Below are positions 23,620 through 35,926 of a stretch of DNA of 37,546 nucleotides, piece after piece (positions within the stretch are counted from its first letter, which is position 1; every line of letters begins with the position of its first letter). A program made the position numbers and the translations under genes. The notes under the pieces were generated by a model. That model saw nothing but the letters and a program-made list of their open reading frames with translations. It was not told the origin of the DNA and made no database searches. The DNA lies in the NCBI RefSeq assembly GCF_006345805.1, contig NW_021824672.1:1-37546 (forward strand). The letters run 5' to 3'. The DNA is from Octopus sinensis. Lineage: Eukaryota.

Positions 23620-23996
23620 CTAGGAATAAAAGTAAGGGTAACATTTCACTATTTTCAGATCCCAACGTTTTTTTTTGTGAAATTTTTCTTTCTGCGTTTA
23701 TTTTTTTGTTTTTACTCACAAAACAAACTACTACTTAGAATGATAGATTTCTTTGTGCTTATGAACATATGTGTATTTACACGGTCACGTATATACACTC
23801 AGGGGGAGAGAATTTTCAGTTGCAGACTGCAATATTTGTAATCTAAGACCATCTTATCTTCCCTTATTTTTTGCCAGTTTAACGTCTTCAAACACTAGAG
23901 AGTGCCACTCGTGTTGGACGAGCATTTGTCACTTTGACAGTTAACGTGTAGGCCCATTTTCGGCCCCTTTTTGCGTTAGCTAAGTTTCGAACTTAC

Positions 23997-24053
23997 TGGA
24001 ACCCAAATAGCCCGTGTACCTTTTTGTTGTGGCGATCGCGGTATTACGGATGT
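23997..24053 (-). CDS. Small 57-bp phase 0/0 exon (TSVIPRSPQQKGTRAIWVP)
   Basis: Acceptor tttcattgtcgcag|ACA and consensus donor CCA|GTAAGT. It joins in frame to exon 23619 across a 377-bp intron. Confidence 0.55.
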
Positions 24054-24379
24054 CTGCGACAATGAAATACTACCATTTCCTTAGCTTCTTCCTTCGTTAG
24101 GACATACAGAAGGTGTAGAATAGAAGAGAGAATTTACGATTCTCTGATTATTCAAATGGTTTTGTACTTTGTTGTACGTGGGGATTTGGTTTTGCCATAC
24201 TATTGTATATCTTCGTCATTAGGGGAGGGCACGATAGGACAGCATTGCGTCTGTAATTTTAGCGTAGATGGTGGTCATAATCGATAAACTGTGAATAATC
24301 ACCATGTGTATCTATGTATCCCTGTTTGCATGTATGTATATCTCTATCTATCTGTACGTAAGTAAGGCTATATATATAC

Positions 24380-24426
<47 letters not shown>

Positions 24427-24429
<3 letters not shown>

Positions 24430-24660
24430 GGCAAGTAAGGAAACAGAGAGAATTTTATATCCTCCCCGTTTTCTTACTTGCCGTATAAATCATGGATAAA
24501 CCACTCTTTTACCCCCGTCCATATATAATACTCAATTGCGAGATTGCCATGCAATGACTAGCACTCGACTATGAACAATTAGCTACACTACCAGCAATAT
24601 ATTGGATACATACTATCCCTTAGTTGGTTTCTCAACCTCTAACTCACACAGATATATATA

Positions 24661-24695
<35 letters not shown>

Positions 24696-24917
24696 GGCAA
24701 GTAAGGAAACAGAGAGAATTTTATATCCTCCCCGTTTTCTTACTTGCCGTATAAATCATGGATAAACCACTCTTTTACCCCCGTCCATATATAATACTCA
24801 ATTGCGAGATTGCCATGCAATGACTAGCACTCGACTATGAACAATTAGCTACACTACCAGCAATATATTGGATACATACTATCCCTTAGTTGGTTTCTCA
24901 ACCTCTAACTCACACAG
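24427..24917. repeat. Exact 266-bp-period tandem duplication bounded by (TA)n
   Basis: 24427-24651 matches 24693-24917. Confidence 0.95.
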
Positions 24918-25880
24918 ATATATATATAATTATATATATATATATATAAACACATATGTATACAAATATGGCTATATTTATGTGTGTGCATGCATGCATC
25001 TCTCTCTCTCTCTCAATATATATATATAGATATGTATATATATGTACATATATATGTGTATATGTATATATATATATATATATACACACACACTCACAAA
25101 TATATATTTCATGTTATGCTTGGAAACGATGCGTGTTACCAGAATTTTCGACTCGAGTAAAATAGAAACAACAACTTCGTCGTCAGAGTATCCGTGCGAA
25201 TGAAGTCAAGTGAGGCAAATTATTACTGGCATCAAGTTGTGTGAATTATAAATAATAAAGATAATCAAGAACTGATATTTTGAACTCATTTAATACGTAC
25301 GTTGCAGATCATTATGTAATATGAAGTAGGAATACATATCTTACGCAAGACCTTCCTCAGTTAATACATTTAAAAATTTTAAGATGTTTTAGCTGAGGAA
25401 GATCTTCATTCATTTTCGGGGTTGATAAAACACTGGGGTCAATGTAATCAACCCATACCCTTCTCCAAAATTGGACCCTTGGGGCAAAATTTGAAACCAC
25501 TATTATTATTATTTTATACATATATATTCATATATACATGCATACATACATGCATAATACATACACACACACACATATATCTTTCACCATTTTACATCAG
25601 TGAATAATATATATATATACACACACACGCTCTACTCCATAACCTATAAAACAATCTGAAGGCTCATGTTTTAAAAATTATGTTGTTTCATGCCTCAGAA
25701 ACATTGAAAATACATATTCCCTTAAATTATTTCCAAGAATCTGGGGATTGCAGAGCCCTAAGGCAGAGATTCTTCCATAGTTCTGAAAATTCCGTGTACT
25801 CAATAAGCCCAATTCCACAGTTTCGCCTGTCAAAAGATATGCGTAGCTCTATCTTGTTTTAAGCCCTGAACTCCTTATTA

Positions 25881-26002
25881 GGTCGACTTTGCCTTTCATC
25901 CTTTCGTGGTCGATAAATTAAGTACCAGTTGCGTACTAGGGTCGATCTAATCGACTGGCTCCCTCCTCAAAAATTTCTGACCATGTGCCTAGAATAGAAA
26001 AG
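25881..26002 (+). mobile_element. SINE B 3' fragment
   Basis: ggtcgactttgcctttcatcc..gtgcctagaatagaaaaga. Confidence 0.8.
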
Positions 26003-27021
26003 ATTCCACCCCTCCCCAGGTTGGATCACTGTCGATTCCTCCCAGAAGAGAATGAGACAGTAAGATGAAGACAAAAATTCACCGCAGTTCTTGACTGGTA
26101 TTTTATTTTATCAACTCTGTAATAACAAAATCCCATGTCAACCTCGGTAGCTTTTGATCTCAAAGCGTAGAGAGTCGCAACTTATTTATCTGTCGCATAA
26201 TTGCCGTTTTGTTATTTGTGATGTACGGATTATGTTATCCAATTCGCTGGTGATATGTAGAGTGTGGTATGTGTGTGTGTGTTGTGTTGAGGGTATACTA
26301 TTGAAAGTTTAGCCTTGCATTGATAGTGTCACGCAACGCTATTTGGGGAACTGGGTAGTATAGTGTTGTGTGATTTTAAAGATGTCTCTGTTCACGATTT
26401 TCTCCATAGTAACAAGCACACAAAACACCAACCGCCATAGAAAAAAATCCACCGTCTCCTTGTTTCAAGAAGGCCAAGATTGTGTCTTGCGCTTGGAAAA
26501 AGAGTGGGTGCAGAAAGTACTTGCAGATCAAATGTTATAATGATAAACACTTGTACGAGGCAATTACTGCTTTTTAAAACTTTCAAGCAGGTAAACAGGG
26601 GAAAGTGTTAGATACCTAGAGAGTAGAGAGCTTGCATGTCTCGAGCGAGAGTCTTCTTTCCCTATGTACATTTAAATTATCATGTGAAAATACATACATA
26701 TGTTCATGTCATATAAATGTAAATTTAATGTACAAATTTGCTATTAAATTATTGAGTATTAATTGAAACGGCTGTAAGAATAGAAGATTGCCAATTTGTT
26801 AATAATAAATAATTGTTAACTTCCTTATTCTTATTTTCTTTTCATCTTTCAACTGGATATAAACTTTATGCTTAATATACACCAATTGTTTTAAGATAAT
26901 TTCATTCCCCCAACAATACTGGGTATTGAACCAGTATTTCCTTGGATGCACCCATCCCTCCGCGAGGTTAACTTATCCTCTAGTTAAATGTATATACATA
27001 CATACATATATATGTATATGC

Positions 27022-27180
27022 GAAGGGATTCTTTCAGTTTCCCTCAACTGAATCCACTCACAAGGCTTTGGTCGGCCCGAGGCTAGAATAGGAGATACTC
27101 AAGTGGCCACGAAGTGGGACTGATCCTGCGACCATGTGGTTAGGAAGCAAGCAGTTTACCACACAGCCACGCCTGTGCCT
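27022..27180 (-). mobile_element. SINE C 5' half
   Basis: tttcagtttcc..ccactcacaaggctttggtcggcccgaggct..accacacagccacgcctgtgcct. Confidence 0.8.
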
Positions 27181-27182
27181 CG

Positions 27183-27216
<34 letters not shown>

Positions 27217-27390
27217 TGTATGTATGTATGTATGTATGTATGTATGTATGGATGGATGGATATATGTATGCGTGGATATGTATATATAGATATTTATATA
27301 TATGTGTGTATGTGCATATACAAGTACATATATTTGCATATATATGTACATATATATGCATATATGTGTGTGTGAATATGTGTGAGTGTG

Positions 27391-27910
27391 TGTGTGCACA
27401 TACATTTATACTGACTATTAAAAGGCTGTTGGCTCTCTTCAGCTCCGGGATCGCGCTCGCGTTGTTAGCCCGTTTTAACACCATCATCTGTCAACTTCCG
27501 TTGTCAGATGGTCGTGTTAAGCAAACAAAACCCCTACCACCACCATGCTTATTTCAGGAACCTTGTACTTTGAAGGATTCTTGACATCCTCCCGGTCAGT
27601 GATGTGGGTCAATAAAAAACCGAGGGGTTTATCGGAGTGAACGGATTTTTGTTCCAGTTCTCGATGTGGTATTGATATTTTACGTGAATCAATACGACAA
27701 ACTATATCGATATAACCAAGTAAATAGATATGTGAAAAATAAACATTTGAGGAAACATCAAAGTAGACGTTATCAATGTATTATGTTGCAGTTATGGCAA
27801 CCAGATCGATATATACCTGCCTCTTATCGAATTGATTTGTCGCTATATGCCCGCTGATTGATTAAAAACGCCCTCCCCCATAGAAATGTAACTATATCTG
27901 TTCCGACTGG
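27391..27910. repeat. About 500-bp direct repeat, copy 1
   Basis: Aligns to 30991-31476 (offset 3600 at start) with scattered substitutions and indels. Confidence 0.9.
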
Positions 27911-28140
27911 ATTATCTTATCTAACATATATTACATTATGTTGTACTGTATTCAATTGTATTGTAGTGTAGGTATAAGTAAAACTGTGTGGTATAGAAGT
28001 TTGCTTCGCAACACCGTGGTTCTGTGTTCGATTTCACTGAACACCATTTTGGATAAGTGATTTACCGTAGCTTTGCTTGACCTATATATATATTGGGGTC
28101 ACGATTTAGAAAACGGAAACTGTGCTGAACGCAGTCACAA

Positions 28141-28173
<33 letters not shown>

Positions 28174-28189
28174 GATATGCACATATGTA

Positions 28190-28435
28190 TTGTGATTGTG
28201 CTTCATTATTGCGGCTTTTTTCAACAAATTTTATTCAACAAAACAATAACAACATGTAACAAAAACATCTTTAAAGGATTATTCCGGAGCATATTCACCA
28301 TCTACTTCAATTGTTGCTTCCCATTTGCTTGGCAGCAGACGGTCAGACCATCATTTAAAGATGTTTTTGTTAAATATTGTTTTTGTTGAATAAAATTTGT
28401 TGAAAAAAAGCCGCAATAATTAGGCATAAACAAAA
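28190..28435 (-). mobile_element. mariner MITE, same family as 16435-16651
   Basis: TIR attattgcggcttttt/aaaaagccgcaataat; the minus strand retains transposase end [21 protein letters not shown]. Confidence 0.8.
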
Positions 28436-28505
28436 TATATATAATATATATATGTATATATATATATATATAACATACATATATAAATATATCTATATAT
28501 ATATA

Positions 28506-28543
<38 letters not shown>

Positions 28544-28566
28544 TATGTATATATATATATATGGTT

Positions 28567-28626
<60 letters not shown>

Positions 28627-28744
28627 TCTATATATATATATATATCCGTAACAATAAAGGGTGAAATTAATTAATTTGGAATAATTATTAATTACACAAG
28701 TAGATTTCGGCATGTAAAAGCCTCATTCGAGGAAAATTTAAGTA

Positions 28745-29041
28745 ATACTAAGCAGTTAAGGGTTTAGCAACGAATTGCCTCACCAACACACCGAATTTAG
28801 AAATAGCAGTCAAAGAGATATAGCTATTCCTTCTACTAAAAGGGAGATCTCAGTAAAAACACAGCACTTGAAAGGCAAACACAGACAGGTCTGTGTTTGT
28901 GTTTGTGTTTGCCTTTCAAGTGCTGTGTTTTTACTGAGATCTCCTTTTAGTAGAAGGAATAGCTATATCTCTTTGACTGCTATTTCTAAATTCGGTGTGT
29001 TGGTGAGGCAATTCGTTGCTAAACCCTTAATTGCTTAGTAT
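28745..29041. repeat. Near-perfect 297-bp palindrome (fold-back)
   Basis: About 140-bp arms centred on cagac-ag-gtctg; one mismatch, one 1-bp indel and a 12-bp gtgttt duplication. Confidence 0.95.
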
Positions 29042-29368
29042 ATATATATATACATATTTATATATGTATGTATATATATATTGTATATATATGTATGTAT
29101 ATATATATGTATATATATATATGTATGTATATATATATGTATGTATATATTATGTATGTATATAAATATATGTATGTATATATATATGTATGTATATATA
29201 TATCTATGTATATAAATATATGTATGTATATATATATGTATATAAATATATGTATGTATATATATATGTATGTATATTATATGTATATATATATATCTAT
29301 GTATATATTATGTATATATATATATGTATATATATATATGTATGTATATATATGTATATATATATGTA

Positions 29369-29399
<31 letters not shown>

Positions 29400-30031
29400 A
29401 TATATATGTAATATATGTATATATATGTTTATATATGTATATATGTATACATATGTATATATGTATATATGTGTATATATATATGTATGTTATATATATA
29501 TATATATAATATATATATATAATATATATATATATATATAATATATATATATATGTATATATGTATATATGTATATATATGTATATATGTATATATGTAT
29601 GTATATATATATATGTATATATTTTTTTATATATATATATATAATGATATGTAAATGTCAGATCCAAGGTTCCAAGTGTAGGAAGTTAGTAAGCTTGGAA
29701 CAGTCCGTAGAAGGTATAAAAAATAACTTCCAGGAATAATAGTAGCTTATTGACAAAGTTCGATATGTTAAAAAACGTTTTTTTTCATTATAGTTCATGG
29801 TTAGCGCCTTGACTGCAATGTATACGAATAAAAATCCAAATTTCGGTCAAATCTCATGCGAGTTAAATCGGGGTCCCTTGACGATATTGTAGTCTTTATT
29901 TAACAATGGTATTTTCGACAGATGAATAGTTAGTGAAGGCCCCTTCGTTAAGTAATTATTACTTCCGAAGTTCTGTTAGCTCGGAAACATATGTAGCCTG
30001 GATTTTACATGCTCCATTCGCTCAATTGGTA

Positions 30032-30071
<40 letters not shown>

Positions 30072-30202
30072 TGTATATAAATATGTATGTATATATATAT
30101 ATGTATGTATATATATCTATGTATATATATATATCTATGTATATATATATGTATATATATATGTATATATATATATGTATGTATATATATGTATATATTA
30201 TG

Positions 30203-30237
<35 letters not shown>

Positions 30238-30258
30238 ATATATATGTATATATTTTTT

Positions 30259-30289
<31 letters not shown>

Positions 30290-30865
30290 ACATATGTATA
30301 TATGTATATATGTGTATATATATATGTATGTATTATATATATATCTATATATATATATATTATATATATATATATATAATATATATATATATAATGTATA
30401 TATGTATATATATGTATATATGTATATATGTATGTATATATATATATGTATATATTTTTTTATATATATATATTATAATGATATGTAAATGTCAGATCCA
30501 AGGTTCCAAGTGTAGGAAGTTAGTAAGCTTGGAACAGTCCGTAGAAGGTATAAAAAATAACTTCCAGGAATAATAGTAGCTTATTGACAAAGTTCGATAT
30601 GTTAAAAAACGTTTTTTTTCATTATAGTTCATGGTTAGCGCCTTGACTGCAATGTATACGAATAAAAATCCAAATTTCGGTCAAATCTCATGCGAGTTAA
30701 ATCGGGGTCCCTTGACGATATTGTAGTCTTTATTTAACAATGGTATTTTCGACCAGATGAATAGTTAGTGAAGGCCCCTTCGTTAAGTAATTATTACTTC
30801 CGAAGTTCTGTTAGCTCGGAAACATATGTAGCCTGGATTTTACATGCTCCATTCGCTCAATTGGT
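29041..30865. repeat. (TA)-rich compound microsatellites with an about 835-bp tandem duplication
   Basis: Unique block 29641-30030 matches 30475-30865 except one base indel; the intervening TA/TATG arrays are also similar. Confidence 0.9.
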
Positions 30866-30990
30866 ATATATATATATATATATTATATATATATATATAT
30901 ATATATGTATATAAATGTGTGTGTGTGTGTGTGTGTGTATGTGTGTGTGTGTGGTGTGTGTGTGTGTGTGTGTGTGTGTGCATATGTTTG

Positions 30991-31476
30991 TGTGTGCACA
31001 TACACTTATACTGACTATTAAAGGGCGGTTGGCTCTCTTCAGCTCTGGGATCGCGCTCGCGTTGTTAACCCGTTTTAACATCATCATCAGTCAACTTCCG
31101 TTGTCAGATGGTCGTGTTAAACAATCTCCTCCCCATCATTATGCTTATTTCAGGAACCTTGTACTTTGAGGGATTTTGACATCCTCCCGGTCAGTGACGT
31201 GGGTCAGTAAAAAATCGAGGAGTTTAGCGGATTTCATGGATTTTTGTTCCAGTTCTCGATGTGTTATTGATATTTTACGTGAATCAATACGACAAACTAT
31301 ATCGATATAACCAAGTAAATAGATATGAGTAAAATAAACATTTGAGGAAACATCAAAGTAGACATTATCAATGTATTATGTTGCAGTAAATGTCTCTTAT
31401 CGAATTGATTTGTTGCTATATACCCGCTGATTGATTTAAAACCCTCTCTATATGTAACTATATCTGTTCCGACTGG
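30991..31476. repeat. About 500-bp direct repeat, copy 2
   Basis: See 27391-27910. Confidence 0.9.
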
Positions 31477-31793
31477 CACAGATATAGAAGAACTTTATCT
31501 TAATAACTGACAAGGGAGGTAAGACTCCTCAGCATCCAGGTATAGCCAGATCACCTGATTTTGCATTTTCACTAATACTCTTCAGTGACTCACTCTCACC
31601 CAGCCGTCTTGGGTTAAACTTAGCTCACCTTGTCAATTTCCAAGTCATTCACTAAGATAAAGTGCTTCTTGTGGCTATGAGCTGTTTTAACCTCTTATTT
31701 CTAGCAATAGTGCTACTGAATAGTGTCTCTAATCACTTTATTGACGTATATATTTCTGCCAATCGGTTGTAAAATTGCGAATAAGCCACCCCA

Positions 31794-31794
<1 letters not shown>

Positions 31795-31878
<84 letters not shown>

Positions 31879-31910
31879 TATGGTGAGTGTATGTGTTGTG
31901 AGAGAGAGCG

Positions 31911-31985
<75 letters not shown>

Positions 31986-31990
31986 GAATA
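31795..31990. repeat. (CA)n-(TA)n-(GATA)n compound microsatellite
   Basis: Directly visible. Confidence 0.95.
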
Positions 31991-32840
31991 GATAGAGAAT
32001 TCATGCTTAACCCTCAGTTCCAGGTTTTTGACGAATGCGAAACCACCGTTAAGTCATTATTGATTCCATGTCTACTCGGGCACGAAGAAGAAGCACCCGT
32101 TAAGGTCCTAGCTGTGGGTTGAATAGTATGGAACCACCCGAGCCAGGGTACGCTGAAATCATGTGATGTAGTATGGTGGATATGAACTATTTTGGCGAAA
32201 GAACTTATTGAAACAAAGACCTTTGTGAAGGATCGATAGGTAGCAGTAGATCTGAAGAAATAGAGTTTATGGGTGCAGAGAAATGTTTCTTCAGGCCTGC
32301 TACAACCTACCGAGTCTTCACAAAGGAAAAGAGAGAGAGAGACACATACACAGAAAAAAGGAAAATGTCTTAACTATTTGAAGACTATGGAAATATTTAC
32401 AAAACATTTCATTTAATTTTTTCTTCAATTTAATTGTTTTTCTTGTTTTACTCGAAAATGCCAGAGACCGAAACCAGTACTAACCTTTACAAAATGTATT
32501 TCATGATGAAATTTTTTAGAATTTTCTACCTTGTCTTATTTTCCTTACACACACACACACACACACACGCAGCGCTGACCAGAAGTTACCCGACAGTAAA
32601 TCAAAATTCCATAAATATTGTCTGTAATTCTGTATTGACTTGAATGGAAGAATGTGTCGCTCAAGAAGGACTTCAGTTTGAACAATTTTCATGATGTTTC
32701 ATATTTAGATGCTTTTATTAAATTCACTCATTTGTTAAACATAAATAAATCTTGAAATTAAATGGTTTTGATTTACTGTCATGTGGCCTTGGGTCAACTC
32801 TGTACATCTATTTATCTATCTACCTATCTATAAATATTAA

Positions 32841-33216
32841 CCATAAGGACACATTAAAGTGTCTACCTGCTAGAAATAAGAGTCAAAACCCTTATTTAGA
32901 CCATATTTACACTGAAAAAAAAACCCCAAAACAAAACAACTCCAACAGTATACTAGCAGGTCTAAAAAAGCTCACATACCAATATAGCATAAAGCTATAT
33001 ATTTATCGGTACAGGTATATATGTGGACCGGTTTCTGGTTTGATCCAAAGATCTTAACTTCTTCAGCACATCTCAACCGTGTGAAACATTATTCCAATCT
33101 GTCACGTTAATATCTGCTAGCGCCCTGTTATTTTCAGTGTAAATAATTTCTAGTGGTCCAAATAAGCGTTTTGACTTTTATTTCTAGCGGGTAGACACTT
33201 TAATGTGTCCTTATGA
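32841..33216. mobile_element. piggyBac-like MITE with about 85-bp TIRs
   Basis: TTAA|ccataaggacacattaaagtgtctacc.. and ..ggtagacactttaatgtgtccttatga|TCAA. Confidence 0.75.
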
Positions 33217-33426
33217 TCAATATAATTTTAATTCTTTAGCTATGTAATGCTATTTTTTTTAGGCCTGCAACTACCTATATTAATGTTTCTGTTATTATCA
33301 ACTATTTATTTTGCCTCCGATAATAATAGAAATATTAATATCTTATAAATATTCACTTCCGAATAATTTTACTGCTGATTCTCTCTCTCTCTCTTTCTCT
33401 CTCTCATATATATACATATCTCGCTG

Positions 33427-33798
33427 TGGTCGGCTACGACGACGACGATTCCAGGTGATCCGATCAACGGAACAGCCTGCTCGTGAAATTGACGTGCAAG
33501 TGGCTGAGCACTCCACAGGCACGTGTACCCTTAACGGAGTTCTCGTGGAGATTCAGAGTGACACAGAGTGTGACAAGGCTGGCACCTTTGAAATACAAGT
33601 ACAAAAGAAACAGGAAGAAACATTGAGAGAAAGTTGTGGTGAAAGGGTACAGCAGGGTTCACCACCGCCCTCTGCCAGAGCCACGTGGAGCTTTAGGTCT
33701 TTTCGCCCAATAAACACTCACAACACCCAGTCTGGAAATCGAAACCGTATGCTACGACCGCAAGCCCACTGCCCTAGCAACTGGGCCATTGCTCCTCC
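33427..33798 (-). mobile_element. SINE family A, full length
   Basis: Reverse complement of 2888-3254; explains the 204-aa ORF at 33311. Confidence 0.9.
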
Positions 33799-33921
<123 letters not shown>

Positions 33922-34045
33922 ATAATATATAATATATATATATATATATATATAATATTATTAGAGACAAAACCACTATTTTGCAAAACAAACAAGGAAA
34001 GACTTAATCAATACATGAAATTTTAATAAAAAGTCAAAATAACCG

Positions 34046-34088
34046 CCACTACAATTGTTTCTTGTCTTGATCGACAATCTTCAGGTGG
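34046..34088 (-). ncRNA. Minimal type-I hammerhead ribozyme, intact core
   Basis: CCAC-CUGAAGA-UUGUC(GAUCAA)GACAA-GAAA-CAAUUG-U-A-GUGG: 4-bp stem I, 5-bp stem II, palindromic ACAAUUGU stem III, GUA triplet. Confidence 0.7.
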
Positions 34089-34522
34089 ACTTCCAATAAG
34101 TCAGTTTCAAATTATGAAGTATATATTATATATTATATATATATATATATAATTCAAAGAGAGTTAGAGGTTGTGAATCCAACCAACTAAGGGATAATAT
34201 CTATCCAATATACTGCTGGTAGAAAACCCAATTATTAATACGCAAGTGTTTTTTCATTACATGGCATTTACACTACTGAATGTAATAAAAGGGTCAGGGT
34301 AAAAAGTTTTTTTACCCTTAATAAGAAAATGAAGGAGGTGGTATTCATCAACTTTTAGACATTATATTATGTCGATTTATAAATTAAAAAAGAACACACT
34401 TCTAACAATATAACAATAAACAAACATGTATAACATTATGGTTTACATATATAATATATAAAAATACCAGTAAATTATTAAAATATATAACGCAGAGCAT
34501 AGAAAGTAGGGTAGTTTCTTAC

Positions 34523-34920
34523 AGGAACAGGAGTGGCTGTGTGGTAAGTAGCTTGTCTACCAACCACATGCTTCCGGGTTCAGTCCCACTGCATGGCACC
34601 TTGGGCAAGTGTCTTCTACTATAGCCTCGGGCCGACCAAAGACTTGTGAGTGGATTTGGTAGACGGAAACTGAAAGAAGCCCGTCGTATATATGTATATA
34701 TGTGTGTGTTTGTGTGACTGAGTTTGTCGCCCCAACATCGCTTGACAACCGATGATGGTGTGTTTACGTCCTCGTAAATTAGCGGTTCGGCAAAAGAGAC
34801 CGATAGAATAAGTACTAAGCTTACAAAGAATAAACCCTGGGGTCAATTAGCTCGACTAAAGGCGGTGCTCCAGCATGGCCACAGTCAAATGACTGAAACA
34901 AGTAAAAAAATAAAGAGTAA
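34523..34920 (+). mobile_element. SINE family C, full length
   Basis: tRNA-like head ggagtggctgtgtggtaag..gggttcagtcccactg; tail gtcaaatgactgaaacaagtaaaa. Confidence 0.9.
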
Positions 34921-35172
34921 GGCATAATATGTTATACATGTATGTATATTATTATAAGTGTTTTTTTAAATAAATAAATAGACATAATATAATGTCTAAT
35001 TATGCACCAACCCAATACATATAAGCTGAAAAACGTACTGGATTGATACGAAAGTCTTAAGCCGTTCAAGACGATGCACCGTCATTACCGAAATCCAGCG
35101 ACGAAAACCAATAAAAGAAAACGAATATTGTTCCATTCCTTAAAATATTCCTTTTATTCCATACTTGTCGGA

Positions 35173-35482
35173 TGAAGGTGCGTGGCTTTGGGGATAGGGT
35201 TATTCAGCTAATGATCATAATGTATCGAGTTCGATTTCCAGTGGCACTCTGTGTCCTTGAGCAAGACACTTTATTGCACTCAACTGGCAAAATGGCAAAA
35301 ATGAAGAGTACCTGTAATTCAAAGGGCCAACCATGTCACATTCTGTGCCACGGTGAATCCCCATTGAACGACGTTAAGGGTACGCATGTCTGTGGAGTAC
35401 TTAGCCACTTTAATTTCACGAACAGGCTGTTCCATTGGTCAGATCAACTGGAACCCTCCTCGTCGTGCCCGACGGAGGGCCA
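35173..35482 (+). mobile_element. Older SINE with a different head/body but the family A tail
   Basis: gagttcgatttcc B box, tgtgtccttgagcaagacacttta body, then cgttaagggtacgcatgtctgtggag..cgacggagggcca. Confidence 0.7.
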
Positions 35483-35729
35483 CTTTAATTTCTTTGCCTT
35501 TGTTCACTGAGATTATTTTATATATTTTCCATTAATCTTGTAATTCATACAAACGCTTGAAGATTGGAGGCCAATGTGGTTTCAAATACAATGTGGTTTC
35601 CAATACAATCTCACTGATTTTAAAAGACATTATATAGAAATTACAGTGTTAGTCGTGACATGCAAGTAACTTTATAAGAATATTTTTGCTATCATGGATA
35701 ATATCAGAAAATATGGCACGCGTGCGAGT

Positions 35730-35910
35730 GGGTGCTGAAAAGTTCCTGATTTTAAAGGTATCGCGAAAGGCTTAGTTGCAGGCCCAACCTTCCGAGTTCT
35801 TTTACAGGGCTTAGAAAAACTGAAGGACCACTGTAATAAGTGTGTGAATCTGAGAGAAGAATATGTCATAATTAACTGTACTTCTTTTTATCCAAATGCA
35901 AGAACTTTTC
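35730..35910 (+). mobile_element. mariner-derived MITE (decayed)
   Basis: gcgagtgggtgctgaaaagttcc start; QGLEKLKDHCNKCVNLREEYV resembles a mariner C-terminus. Confidence 0.65.
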
Positions 35911-35926
35911 TCTCTCTTACTATATT

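Noticed and set aside
25714-25826. Candidate upstream minus exon (ETVELGLLSTRNFQNYGRISALGLCNPQILGNNLREY)
   Set aside because: Good acceptor and compatible phase, but a weak donor (TAT|GTATTT) and no other support; needs RNA-seq.
28420-30573. Many 70-157 aa ORFs rich in Y/I/M/C/V (also at 13895-14429, 27058-27584 and elsewhere)
   Set aside because: They are translations of (TA)n/(TACA)n/(CA)n microsatellites, which lack stop codons.
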